A stretch of 64,000 nucleotides of DNA, from positions 60,073 through 124,072 of the forward strand of contig DASXFB010000107.1 in the NCBI GenBank assembly GCA_036489815.1, written 5' to 3'. Positions 43,055 to 52,820 of the stretch are shown one piece after another. The notes below the pieces were generated by a model. The model ran no database searches. It saw only the letters and a program-made list of their open reading frames with translations, and was not told the DNA's origin. Each line of letters starts with the position of its first letter. Position 1 is the stretch's first letter. Position numbers and translations under genes: made by a program. The DNA is from Terracidiphilus sp. (GTDB taxonomy: Bacteria > Acidobacteriota > Terriglobia > Terriglobales > Acidobacteriaceae).

Positions 43055-43120
43055 GGGGGCCCAGGTCTTGCCTTTGAGCACCTGGGGATGGCGGGTCTCG
43101 CATCGGAGACCCGGGATAGC
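43055..43120. repeat. REP-like palindromes (CCCAGGTC..ACCTGGG; GGGTCTC..GAGACCC)
   Basis: Two adjacent hairpins just after the dehydrogenase stop codon. Confidence 0.6.
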
Positions 43121-43190
43121 AGCAACTCTCCGATTCCCACCAGCAGGCGGCCCGGTAACAGCCGAAGATGTGCGCTGAGGCGGAAGGGCT

Positions 43191-43396
43191 GTGCCCCGTT
43201 CATCGCGTCTGTTGCGATGAGCGGGACAAAATCGAGCCAGAGCGGACGGCAAGGTTCCGCAGCCCACTCATCGCGGTAAAGCTGCGATAAATGGGGCACA
43301 GCCTACTTTCTTTTTCGAAAGTATAGGGCCGATGACCCGGCCACCTCCCCACGTGCCGCCCACTCATCGCAGTAAACCATGCGATGCATGGAGCAC
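43191..43396. repeat. three REP-like palindromes, consensus GTGCYCCRTNYATCGC-loop-GCGATGAGYGGG
   Basis: Copies at 43191-43225 (+), 43263-43299 (-) and 43359-43396 (-). Confidence 0.85.
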
Positions 43397-43464
43397 GATC
43401 CTATCCCGCACAATCTTATTTCCGCATTTGTTGCTTCAGCCGTCGTTGGCGCATCATTATAGTC

Positions 43465-43944
43465 ATGAGCACTGAGAAAGCCACATTCGGAGCGGGATGC
43501 TTCTGGGGCGTCGAGGCGGCCTTTGCAGCCATCCCCGGTGTAACGGCAACGGCCGTGGGTTACGAGGGCGGCGCGCTTGACCGGCCCACCTACAAAGATG
43601 TCTGCACCGACCAGACCGGCCATGCCGAGGTGGTCGAACTCGATTTCGACCCGGAAAAAGTGAGCTATGTCCAGCTGCTCGATGCTTTTTTCGCGCTTCA
43701 TGATCCCACAACCCTCAACCGCCAGGGCCCCGACTGGGGTGCGCAGTATCGCTCGGCCATCTTCTATCACTCGCCGGAGCAGGAGCAGCAGGCGCGCGCC
43801 AAGATCGAGCAGTTAACGTCCGACGGCGTTTACAAGCCCAAGCGGGTCGTTACCAGGGTTGAGCCGGCGCAGACCTTCTGGCGCGCCGAGGAGTATCACC
43901 AGCGGTATCTGGAGAAGCGCGGGCAGGCAAGCTGCCACATTTAA
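43465..43944 (+). CDS. msrA: peptide methionine sulfoxide reductase A
   Basis: [30 protein letters not shown]-terminal CHI. Confidence 0.97.
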   Translation: MSTEKATFGAGCFWGVEAAFAAIPGVTATAVGYEGGALDRPTYKDVCTDQTGHAEVVELDFDPEKVSYVQLLDAFFALHDPTTLNRQGPDWGAQYRSAIFYHSPEQEQQARAKIEQLTSDGVYKPKRVVTRVEPAQTFWRAEEYHQRYLEKRGQASCHI

Positions 43945-43959
43945 AGGCAACGCTAAGAA

Positions 43960-44751
43960 TTAAGAGTCCGATGGGCCAGGGATCTCCGCAGCCGTTCCGG
44001 TTGCGGTTCTCGATCCCGCCTCATTGATCCACAGGCAGGCGACCCACCACACCACCACCAGGAAGTACAGAGCGCTGTTGGCGTTGAACAGCTTGTCCTG
44101 CAAGCCCGTGATCCGCAGATACTCTTCTTGATTGCGCGGCGGAGGGCCGTTGGCGATCTTCTGCCAGACGATGCGCACGATCAGTTGTCCGACGGCCGCG
44201 GTCGATAGGCCCAGAACGATCTGCTGCACATGGGTGCGCCACCCGGCATTGAAGCGTCGTCCGGCAAAGGCCAGCAACAGGCTCAACTCGATAACCAGCA
44301 AGCCGCTCAACAGGTCGCCCTTCTGAGCGATCAGTTGCATGAAGCGCAGATGCGCGAGGGCAGAGTGAGCGCCGACCGTCTGCCAGGACGGCCAGGGTCC
44401 CCAGAGAACCAGCACGGTGATGGCTATAACGAGAAAGATCAACGAGCCGGCGATCCATGCGTTCCGCGATGCGCGCGCGAAGGCACGGCGCGCGAGTTCC
44501 ACGACTACCGCGAGGGAAACGATGACTTCGACATCGGCCAGCGTGAGAAAGATTTCACTCGAAGTGAGCGGCTCCATCTTGCCGAAGAGCAACCGGCTGG
44601 CCAACATGCGCAGCGCAGCGAGCACAATGCTGGCCGTGAACCAGGGGAAGCGGCGGGCGCGGTCGCGTCCCAGCAGAACAACCAGCAGCACCAGAAGAGC
44701 CGCGAAGGTGAGGGTCCAAAGAATTTCGACCGTCGAAAAATGAAAATGCAT
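43960..44751 (-). CDS. multi-pass (about 7 TM) hypothetical membrane protein
   Basis: Regularly spaced hydrophobic segments; RARRFPWF motif after TM1. Confidence 0.75.
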   Translation of the reverse strand: MHFHFSTVEILWTLTFAALLVLLVVLLGRDRARRFPWFTASIVLAALRMLASRLLFGKMEPLTSSEIFLTLADVEVIVSLAVVVELARRAFARASRNAWIAGSLIFLVIAITVLVLWGPWPSWQTVGAHSALAHLRFMQLIAQKGDLLSGLLVIELSLLLAFAGRRFNAGWRTHVQQIVLGLSTAAVGQLIVRIVWQKIANGPPPRNQEEYLRITGLQDKLFNANSALYFLVVVWWVACLWINEAGSRTATGTAAEIPGPSDS

Positions 44752-44834
44752 TCCAACCGTTCCGGCCTGCATGCATTGAGCTGCGCGGGCACCTCTCCAG
44801 TCTAACCGGCGCGGGATGCGCGGCGGCTGCCATA

Positions 44835-45434
44835 ATGGGGAAGATGCTGATCTTGGCCTCTGCTTCTCCGCGCCGGCGCGAGCTGCTCACCCACGCCGGC
44901 TTTTCCTTTGAGGTCCATCCCGCGGACATTCCGGAAGACCCGCTGGCGGGTGAAGACCCGATTGCCTACGTCACACGCCTGGCGCGGCAAAAGGCGGAGG
45001 TGGTCTTCAACAAGCTGAGCGGAGAGGGCGGAACGCACAGCGGGCTGCATGCGCTCGCTGTTCTGGGCGCGGATACGAGCGTCACCCTCGATGGCCAGAT
45101 CCTCGGCAAGCCGGCCGACGCCGCAGACGCGGTGCGCATGCTACGGCTGCTCGCGGGTCAAAGCCATCGGGTAATCACCGGGGTTGCCCTGGCCACCGCC
45201 CAAGGCATCGAAGTGGCGGCCGAGGTGACGGGCGTGCGGTTTCTCACCTTATCGCAGCAGGAGATTGAGGCCTACGTCGCCACGGGTGAGCCGATGGACA
45301 AGGCCGGCGCTTATGCCATCCAGGGCCGCGCCTCGCGTTGGATTCCGCGCATCGAAGGCTGCTATTTCAACGTGGTCGGGCTGCCGCTGGCGTTGGTCTC
45401 CGCGCTTCTTGAAGGACGCGGTGGAGCAAGATAA
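44835..45434 (+). CDS. maf: Maf family nucleoside triphosphate pyrophosphatase
   Basis: ILASASPRRRELL, LGADT, DKAGAYAIQG, NVVGLP. Confidence 0.95.
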   Translation: MGKMLILASASPRRRELLTHAGFSFEVHPADIPEDPLAGEDPIAYVTRLARQKAEVVFNKLSGEGGTHSGLHALAVLGADTSVTLDGQILGKPADAADAVRMLRLLAGQSHRVITGVALATAQGIEVAAEVTGVRFLTLSQQEIEAYVATGEPMDKAGAYAIQGRASRWIPRIEGCYFNVVGLPLALVSALLEGRGGAR

Positions 45435-45745
45435 ATCCATGTTGCGGATAAAATCGCCGCGGCCCGATTTCGCCTAGTCTTTGATGAAACCAGCGCTGTG
45501 GTGCTGAAAGAGAATTAGGCAAGTCGCCCGTGTCAAGACTCCGGTCACAAGGCTCCACCCTCCACGCCGCGCGCAACGCCCAACTCCCGCGGCGTTGAGG
45601 CTCGTCGGGCCGCCGAGGGCTCTTCACTCAAATGATTCCCGCCTCAGGTATTTGTTGCGCAACCGCCGCTGGTTGTGGCCTATACTCGGGAGCAGAGTGA
45701 GGCTCCCCTTTTTGTTTGATTGCCAGGCCCTCCTCGCCCATGCTT

Positions 45746-46240
45746 ATGGCAGCACAACTATCCCGCAAGCGCGCCCCCGAGACCCCCACGATCCCCGACC
45801 GTCTCTACTTCAAGATTGGCGACGTGGCCCGCATCTGCGGGCTGGAAACCTATGTCTTGCGCTTCTGGGAGACGCAGTTCCCGCAATTGAAGCCGAACAA
45901 GAGCGGGACCGGCCAGCGGCTCTACCGCCGGCGCGACGTGGAACTGGTACTCGAGATCAAGCGGCTGGTGCACGCCGAGGGCTACACGTTGCCGGGCGCG
46001 CGGCAGGCCCTGGAACAGGGGCATCGCGGCCATCACGACCCGCAGGCAAGCCTGCCGCTGCCGGCAGGCGGACAGCGCAAGCGCCGCGACTCAGCCTCCG
46101 CGGTAATCAGCCAGGCTCGGGCGGAGTTGAGGGAAATTGCTAGCTTGCTGGCTTATCCCGCGCCGCAATTGCAGCGCCGGCATTCGCGCTTTTCCGCTGT
46201 TCCTGCGCCCTCCGGCTCCCTCTTCCCGAGCAATTCCTAG
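45746..46240 (+). CDS. MerR family transcriptional regulator
   Basis: YFKIGDVARICGLETYVLRFWETQF..QRLYRRRDV. Confidence 0.92.
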   Translation: MAAQLSRKRAPETPTIPDRLYFKIGDVARICGLETYVLRFWETQFPQLKPNKSGTGQRLYRRRDVELVLEIKRLVHAEGYTLPGARQALEQGHRGHHDPQASLPLPAGGQRKRRDSASAVISQARAELREIASLLAYPAPQLQRRHSRFSAVPAPSGSLFPSNS

Positions 46241-46469
46241 AGCCGCTTTCGGGCTTCAGAGCCGTTTCGGAGTTCACGTAGGCTTTTTGAGTGAATTGAA
46301 AGGCGGCTTTTTCTTGAAGAAAATGCCGCTTCGCTGCGTGCTTGTGGCCAACTCAATGCCGACAAGGCCATAGCGCGAGGCCTCGATTCTGAATCGACCG
46401 ATCTTTTGGCCGGGCGAATGCATCGGTCACGTCGCCGGGGCATGGAAGTCTCCAGGACGGTGGCCCCGT

Positions 46470-46751
46470 TCATTCCTTGCCGGCATTTTTCCAGAGGATT
46501 GCGCCGAGCACCACCAGAACCGACAAGAGACGCAGCAGAAACAGCTCGCCGGTGCCCTCGTTCGGGTGAGAGAGCCCCAGCACCGCGGCGCTGCTGCTCG
46601 CCTGGGCGAAGAAGAAAACCGCAAAAGCCAAAAACAAAAGGTCGCGCGTGGTCCGCCAGAAGCGGAAAAAGAAAAGGCTCACCGCCAACGAGCAGGCCGC
46701 GATAAAGCCAAGCAGGAATGTGTCCAAAGCCGGATGGACAATGGGGCTCAT
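46470..46751 (-). CDS. small 3-TM membrane protein (DUF5985-like), copy B
   Basis: FFFRFWRTTRDLLFLAFA..FLLRLL..ILWKN; ATGA overlap with copy A. Confidence 0.8.
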   Translation of the reverse strand: MSPIVHPALDTFLLGFIAACSLAVSLFFFRFWRTTRDLLFLAFAVFFFAQASSSAAVLGLSHPNEGTGELFLLRLLSVLVVLGAILWKNAGKE

Positions 46752-47005
46752 CGCGTCTCCCAGATCAGTCCGCCCAGGAGCAGAGCAACTGCGATGGCCG
46801 CCGAACCAAGACGGTATGTGTAGAAATCGATCTGGGGAAAGAGCTGAAGGTCGGCGATGACGAAGAAGTTCGAGATCGTGAGCCCGACGAAACAGAGCCC
46901 GCTCCAGAAGAGCAATCGCTTTTGCACCAGAGCGTGGGCGCGTAGCAGCAGGATGGCACAGATAAGGGTCGTCAGGAAGCTGAGAATATAGAGCGCCGGG
47001 GCCAT
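46748..47005 (-). CDS. small 3-TM membrane protein (DUF5985-like), copy A
   Basis: CAILLLRA..RLLFWSGLCF..YRL..LIWE; TGATG overlap with the upstream gene. Confidence 0.8.
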   Translation of the reverse strand: MAPALYILSFLTTLICAILLLRAHALVQKRLLFWSGLCFVGLTISNFFVIADLQLFPQIDFYTYRLGSAAIAVALLLGGLIWETR

Positions 47006-47403
47006 CAATCCCGCTCCTTTTTCAGGCGAAATGCACGCGCAAATTCAAGAACCGAAGAAGATGCCTTTGAATGTATCATGGTCGAAATCCGAACCAGTTC
47101 GCGACGGTATGCCGCATCGAGTGAGCCCATCAGTTCGTCCTGCTCCTGCGAGCGCGCGAAATACGAGAACTTAGGCGGAGAGCCTGCCGTCTCGGTGATC
47201 AATTGCAGCCGCACCAAGTCCCGCAGCAGCGCCAAAACCTTCTCCGGAGCGATGTAGAGGCGGGTTGCGAGCTCTTCCGGGTTCCATGCGACCGGGCGGC
47301 TGTTCCAGAGCAGAATGATTGCCTCCAGATGCGGCACGCTGTCGACGTTCTTGAGGATGAATTCGTACACATCCCGGGGGGAGCGCGGGTTGTGGTCAGT
47401 CAT
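47005..47403 (-). CDS. putative winged-helix protein
   Basis: WNPEELATRLYIAPEKVLALLRDLVRLQLI HTH-like pattern; basic C-terminal FARAFRLKK. Confidence 0.72.
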   Translation of the reverse strand: MTDHNPRSPRDVYEFILKNVDSVPHLEAIILLWNSRPVAWNPEELATRLYIAPEKVLALLRDLVRLQLITETAGSPPKFSYFARSQEQDELMGSLDAAYRRELVRISTMIHSKASSSVLEFARAFRLKKERD

Positions 47404-47625
47404 TATTCACCGGGACCCTTGAAGCAGTTTCCAGCTAGGACATGACAAAGCTGGAGGCGCGACATGCAGACTCACAGGTCACGAAGAAGACTATAGTGCG
47501 GGAACAAAATCCGGCGCAAGTGCGCCCGCCGCGGCGCCGTGCGTGCCGCTCGGATCCGCTTCAAGCGCCGGATCGCAAGCACGCGACGATTTCTAGGGCC
47601 GCCAGTTGAGGGTTGATCGTCTTCC

Positions 47626-47754
47626 ATGACCAAACAAACACAGCAGAGATCGAACTTGGTGCAGGGCACCTTGGACATGCTCGCTCTCCGGACACTTCTT
47701 TACGCCGCGCGGCATCCGTTAATCCCATGCAATCGCTGCGCAACGAGTAGCTGA
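47626..47754 (+). pseudogene. truncated PadR family regulator
   Basis: Manual translation MTKQTQQRSNLVQGTLDMLALRTLLYAARH..., matching the PadR N-terminal QGTLDML.LRTL motif; similarity is lost near 47715 and TGA follows at 47752. Confidence 0.7.
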
Positions 47755-47968
47755 CACCCGTCACTCGCGCACGACCGATGAAGAACCAAGATGAAGTCGT
47801 GCCGTCTTCGGGCACGCGTCCAACCTCACTGGGTTCACACCGCGCGCACACCCCTGCCCGGCGAGTGCACCTAAACCCATGGCAGTCAATAACATCACTC
47901 GGCCCAGTTCCAACGGCACTCTCGCCGCAGGGTGCGCCAGCAAGGCAAAATGGGACATGATCATGATT

Positions 47969-47997
47969 TTGAATCATAATATCTATATCTTTACAAT
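47969..47997 (+). promoter_or_regulatory. putative sigma70 promoter of arsR-sulP
   Basis: TTGAAT-17bp-TACAAT in an AT-rich tract; inverted repeat ATGATT..AATCAT overlaps the -35. Confidence 0.5.
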
Positions 47998-48018
47998 CGA
48001 ATATGCTAATATACATGT

Positions 48019-48348
48019 ATGCCGGAAACTCTAAGACGCCTGAAGGCCGAGTTCTTTCAAGCCCTTGCTCACCCAACGCGCATCGCAATCCTCGAGCAAT
48101 TGCGAGAGGGCGAGCTCGCCGCGGGAACAATCATTGACAAGCTGGGAATGGAGCAAGCTAATGTCTCCCAGCACCTCGCAGTGCTTAGAGCCAAACAAAT
48201 CGTCGTGAACCGGAAAGCGGGAAATCAGGTTTTCTATTCCGTTCGGGATCCTCTGATTATCCAAGTGCTGGATCTGATGCGGGCCTATTTCCAAAAGCAT
48301 TTGACTGAGGTCTTGTCCCTGCTAGAGGAGGTCGAAGCCTCAAGATGA
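48019..48348 (+). CDS. ArsR/SmtB family transcriptional regulator
   Basis: FFQALAHPTRIAIL, QANVSQHLAVLR, RKAGNQVFYS. Confidence 0.93.
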   Translation: MPETLRRLKAEFFQALAHPTRIAILEQLREGELAAGTIIDKLGMEQANVSQHLAVLRAKQIVVNRKAGNQVFYSVRDPLIIQVLDLMRAYFQKHLTEVLSLLEEVEASR

Positions 48349-50054
48349 ACGGGAAAGAGGAATGGCTTCCTAGATCGATTCTGTGCCTGCGCGGCTACAG
48401 TGCCGAGCAGTTCACGCATGATCTCGTCGCCGGCGTTACGGTAGGGCTTGTAGCGTTGCCACTCGCTATGGCCTTCGGCATAGCGTCCGGTGTTACCCCG
48501 CAGGCAGGCTTGTACACGGCTGTGGTTGCCGGTTTCCTGATTTCGGCGTTAGGCGGCTCGCGGTCTCAGATCGGGGGGCCCACCGGAGCGTTTGTTGTCA
48601 TCGTTGCCGGTATCATTGCCAAGTTTGGGGTCTCTGGTCTCGCAGTGGTTACGCTGATTGCCGGAGTGCTGTTGATTGTAATGGGTGCGACCGGCCTCGG
48701 AACGGCAGTCAAATTTATTCCGAGGCCTGTGATTATCGGATTTACCAATGGCATTGCTCTGCTGATTGCCTCGACGCAGGTGAAGGACTTTCTCGGCCTC
48801 CGCACCCCACCGGTTCCCAGCGAATTTCTAAAGCGGATGGATATACTGCTTGCGCATCTGGGATCGATCCAATGGCAGACAGCCGTCCTGGCGATTGTTT
48901 CGCTGGCGATCATCCTGCTCTGGCCACGTTGGAACAAATACATTCCTGGATCGATTGTCGCCCTATTAGTGGCCACGCTCGCTGTGCCGCTGCTGCATCT
49001 TCCAGTCGAGACCGTGGGCACGCGCTTCGGAGGAATCCCACAAGGTTTCCCTTCCTTCGCACTGCCCGAGTTGCGAATCGACCAGGTGCTTCCGCTACTG
49101 CCTTCCGCATTTACAGTTGCAATGTTGGCAGCGGTAGAAAGCCTGCTCTCAGCCGTCGTTGCAGACGGCATGAGTGGAGACAAGCATAATTCGAATGTCG
49201 AGTTGATCGCTCAGGGAATTGCCAACCTCGCTTCACCGCTTTTTGGCGGCATTCCTGCAACCGGGGCCATTGCGCGCACAGCGACCAACATCAAGTCTGG
49301 CGCACGAACACCCATTTCAGGGATGATCCATGCGGGAACACTGCTAGCGATCCTGCTCGTGGCGGCGCCACTCGCGCGTTTTGTGCCACTGGCGACTCTA
49401 GCCGCTGTACTCTTTGTCGTTTCCTGGAATATGGGTGAATGGCGAGAGATTGGATCGATTCTGCGGCTCGCGAAGACAGATATAGCGGTGTGGGCGATCA
49501 CATTTACACTAACTGTTGTTGCGGACCTCACTGTGGCCGTCGGAGTTGGAATGGCACTGGCGGCTCTGCTGTACATCTATCGCATCGCCGAAACAACGAC
49601 TGTTGCTCCGGTTACAGAAGAATATCTCCGCGACGGACGTGCCCATATCCTGCATGACAAAGAGATTCCGCCGAATGTCGCGATCCTTCGTATCCACGGG
49701 CCCTTTCTATTCGGGACGACGGAGAAGTTAGTCGAAGCAACTACGGACCTTAGGGTCTTCCCGTCGGTTGTAATCTTAAGGCTTCGGAATATGACGGCCC
49801 TCGATGCGACGGGCCTGCATGCGCTGGAAAAACTTGCAGACCGCCTGCACAAATCGGGACGCACACTATTGCTGTGTGGCGCGCGCGAGCAGCCGGCAGA
49901 ATTGCTTGCCGGGTCAGAGTTCGTTAATCATGTGGGGCGAGAGAACATACTGCCAAACATCGAAGCCGCATTGGCCCGGGCTAGAGAAATAACGGCAGCC
50001 TTCAATGGAATAGGCGAAGAGATGGCTATCGAGTTCGGCCGTATGTCACTGTGA
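48345..50054 (+). CDS. SulP family anion transporter with STAS domain
   Basis: DLVAGVTVGLVALPLAMAF, PATGAIART, GPFLFG..LDATGL STAS motif; ATGA coupling to arsR. Confidence 0.95.
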   Translation: MNGKEEWLPRSILCLRGYSAEQFTHDLVAGVTVGLVALPLAMAFGIASGVTPQAGLYTAVVAGFLISALGGSRSQIGGPTGAFVVIVAGIIAKFGVSGLAVVTLIAGVLLIVMGATGLGTAVKFIPRPVIIGFTNGIALLIASTQVKDFLGLRTPPVPSEFLKRMDILLAHLGSIQWQTAVLAIVSLAIILLWPRWNKYIPGSIVALLVATLAVPLLHLPVETVGTRFGGIPQGFPSFALPELRIDQVLPLLPSAFTVAMLAAVESLLSAVVADGMSGDKHNSNVELIAQGIANLASPLFGGIPATGAIARTATNIKSGARTPISGMIHAGTLLAILLVAAPLARFVPLATLAAVLFVVSWNMGEWREIGSILRLAKTDIAVWAITFTLTVVADLTVAVGVGMALAALLYIYRIAETTTVAPVTEEYLRDGRAHILHDKEIPPNVAILRIHGPFLFGTTEKLVEATTDLRVFPSVVILRLRNMTALDATGLHALEKLADRLHKSGRTLLLCGAREQPAELLAGSEFVNHVGRENILPNIEAALARAREITAAFNGIGEEMAIEFGRMSL

Positions 50055-50307
50055 ACGAATCTCGATCTCTGGCGCACAAGAAAACTGGCTTCTCGAATCG
50101 CGCGAAAGGGCGTTCATCAGCCGAGTGCGATGGAGGCTTGCCCTACACCGCACTCGGCCGACCGGACGCATACATGGCCTATCAGGATCGTCAACCGCTC
50201 CGGACCGTTCATCGCCCTGCGAAGCGGAACTCCCAGCGCTCGACGCCGACAGCACCCTCTCCGGACTGGATCGCTTCCGGATCATAGTCTCCGGTCACTA
50301 GGTCGAC

Positions 50308-52092
50308 TTAAGTCAAGGCGATTCTTACCGCCGCGCCGTAATCGTTAGCCGCCCACGATTGACGAGGCAATTCCAATTGAAGGGAATCGGCGCCCTGGCT
50401 CCACTTGATCGGGGCTTCTGAGCCGAGCACTGTGACATTCCGAATCTTCCCCGGGACCGTTTTGCTTGACAGTCCGAGCGCAGCAATCTGAGCCTGCCCT
50501 TCGGGCCATCCGAGAAAGATCGCATAGATCACCGTGTTTGCCTTGTTACGCGTGAAGCGGATGTCCTTGCTGCCGAGAGCGCTAATGCTCGCTCCCTTGA
50601 ACGATCCGCTCTCCACCTTGGTTGGACCCTCGCCATAGACCGTCCATGGCCGGGTCTCGTAAATGGCCTCGCCGTTGATCTTCAGCCATGCCGCGATCTG
50701 ATCCAGGACGGCGATTTCCTTGCTGTCGATCGTTCCATCCGGCATGCCCGGCAGATTCAGGATGAACGTACCGTTCTTGCTCACCGTATCGACGAGCCAA
50801 TGAATCGCGGAGCGAGGCGGCAGGTAGCCTCCATATTCGCCGGGCTCGTCATACAGCTTGCGCTGGTAGTGCCACTCGCCGATACAGGTCTCGGATTGCC
50901 AGGCGTACTGCATGATCTCGCTTGTCAAGCCTCGCTCATAATCCGCAACGAGCGCCTTGGCCAGCTTGTCGGGCACCTGCTTGCCGTTGAGCACGGCCTC
51001 CATTTTGCCTCGTGTCTTCAGGTTGTGGTTATAGAAGTACGCGCCAATATTCATGCCAGCCCAGCCAAGCGGCAGCAGAGAATTGTCAAAGTAAAGCAGA
51101 TCGGGATCGTGCTGATCGATGAGATCGCGTGTCCGGTCATAGAACTGCTTCACATAGGACGCGTCCGGCAACGCGTCCTTCGGATGCTTCGCGCTATAGA
51201 GCATCTGCGGATCGAGCCCTTGCCACCACTGATCTTTGCCTTCGGCCTTGGTTATGCGCCCATCGTATGGGACGCCCGCATACGGACCGTTTTTGTCGGC
51301 TCCGTGCGACGGCTGGAACCACCACCAGTTACGTGCCTGGTGCACCGTGACGCCCAGGCGCAGACCCTGGCGGCGCGCCGCAGCGGCCCACTCGCCTACG
51401 ACGTCGCGATGCGGTCCATGGTTCATTGCATTCCATGGCTGATGCTTCGAGTCCCATGTGTCAAACCCGTCGTGGTGATTCGCCAGAGCGATGAACAGGC
51501 GCGCTCCGGCGTCTTTGTAGCGCTTCATCAGCGCTTCCGGTTCCCAATTCAGCAGCGTCCACTGCGCGCAGAGATCTTTGTAGCCGAACTGCGATGGATG
51601 CCCGTATTGCTGCAGCTGGAATTTATAATCCTTCGAACCTTCCAAGTACATATTGCGCGCGTACCAGTCGCCGGACTCCGGCACGCATTGCGGACTCCAG
51701 TGCGCCCAGATGCCGAACTTGGCATCGCGGTACCACTCGGGTGCGTCATACTGCAGCATCGAATCCCACGTAGGCTGATAAGGACCCTGGCCGCTCAACC
51801 CTTCCAGAGGCGCCTGCATTGGAACGCCATCCCACGATCCACCGGGCAACTCGGGCGGCTCGCCCCACGCGGTCGGTGTCCAGGTGGCGTTATCAAGCTT
51901 GGTCTGAACGATCTTGCCGTCGAGGAATGTATAGAAGACGCGCTTTTCCTCTGGGGTGGCGCAGAACTCTTCATACGTCTGGTGAATCGTATTGAATCCC
52001 GCAGGCACATTTGCGCCAGACTGCGCCGCCGCTGGAAGCGCGCGCGCCGCTGCAGCCGTTGCAACCAATTTGCAGAAGTCTCTTCTTAGCAT
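50308..52092 (-). CDS. Tat-exported alpha-L-fucosidase (GH29)
   Basis: RRDFCK Tat motif, WYRDAKFGIWAHW, HHDGF, DLLYFD nucleophile, VSKNG, NGEAIYETRPW. Confidence 0.92.
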   Translation of the reverse strand: MLRRDFCKLVATAAAARALPAAAQSGANVPAGFNTIHQTYEEFCATPEEKRVFYTFLDGKIVQTKLDNATWTPTAWGEPPELPGGSWDGVPMQAPLEGLSGQGPYQPTWDSMLQYDAPEWYRDAKFGIWAHWSPQCVPESGDWYARNMYLEGSKDYKFQLQQYGHPSQFGYKDLCAQWTLLNWEPEALMKRYKDAGARLFIALANHHDGFDTWDSKHQPWNAMNHGPHRDVVGEWAAAARRQGLRLGVTVHQARNWWWFQPSHGADKNGPYAGVPYDGRITKAEGKDQWWQGLDPQMLYSAKHPKDALPDASYVKQFYDRTRDLIDQHDPDLLYFDNSLLPLGWAGMNIGAYFYNHNLKTRGKMEAVLNGKQVPDKLAKALVADYERGLTSEIMQYAWQSETCIGEWHYQRKLYDEPGEYGGYLPPRSAIHWLVDTVSKNGTFILNLPGMPDGTIDSKEIAVLDQIAAWLKINGEAIYETRPWTVYGEGPTKVESGSFKGASISALGSKDIRFTRNKANTVIYAIFLGWPEGQAQIAALGLSSKTVPGKIRNVTVLGSEAPIKWSQGADSLQLELPRQSWAANDYGAAVRIALT

Positions 52093-52164
52093 TTCTAAAA
52101 GCTCCTTTTGGCCGCTTGCTTCGGCCCCGTTATCCGGAGTGAACGCGGTAAACGTTTTTCGGCG

Positions 52165-52668
52165 TCATCTGCCGCGCTGCATCCGATTTCTGATTCGTCT
52201 CTCCGCCTTATCGTTCCAATAAGCGCAATCCAATTCCAAAAAAACGGAAGTGTAGGGAATCGTGAGCGTTGATTTCAGAACAACAATCCGAAAAAGCTTC
52301 GCACTCGCGTCGAGCTTGGAGATGATCTGCTCATGCTCGAGTTCGCGCGCCACTTGCCCGTCGAGAAGCCGATCGATCTCATGGCGGATTGCGTTGACGC
52401 CGGGAGCATCCTCTTCCGGCACATGCTTCAATTCGGCATCGAGATAAGCTCTCACTCGAACATGACTGCTTCGCGCGATCGCCCGCAGCGTCTTCACGAG
52501 CACCTGTTGATGGGTTGCACCGGTCGCAATGGTTTCAATCCCGGCGTTGGATTGGGCGGGATAAGCCGAATCGGCAACGACAATCCAATTTCGGTGCCCC
52601 ATGAGCGGAAGCAGACTTTTCAACCTCGTCTGCCAGGCTTCCGTTTTGGAGTCAATCTTGGTTCTCAT
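52165..52668 (-). CDS. RbsD/FucU family sugar mutarotase/pyranase-like protein
   Basis: MGHRNWIVVADSAYP and IPYTSVFL motifs; GAGGG RBS. Confidence 0.82.
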   Translation of the reverse strand: MRTKIDSKTEAWQTRLKSLLPLMGHRNWIVVADSAYPAQSNAGIETIATGATHQQVLVKTLRAIARSSHVRVRAYLDAELKHVPEEDAPGVNAIRHEIDRLLDGQVARELEHEQIISKLDASAKLFRIVVLKSTLTIPYTSVFLELDCAYWNDKAERRIRNRMQRGR

Positions 52669-52820
52669 TCTTACCCTCGCTGAGCGGGTAGCCGGAGCAG
52701 CATTGGAGAGCAATGCCGCGCTCGTCAAGGCAGAAAAGGAGCGATCCTGCCGTTACGTGGAAGCAGAAGTGTCGTTGAAGATCCAGCCCATGTCTGTTCA
52801 TCCGGGGCAGCGTGCATGGG

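Noticed and set aside
43191-43396. Possible CRISPR array
   Set aside because: Repeats are degenerate, in mixed orientation and unevenly spaced, with no cas genes; REP-like instead
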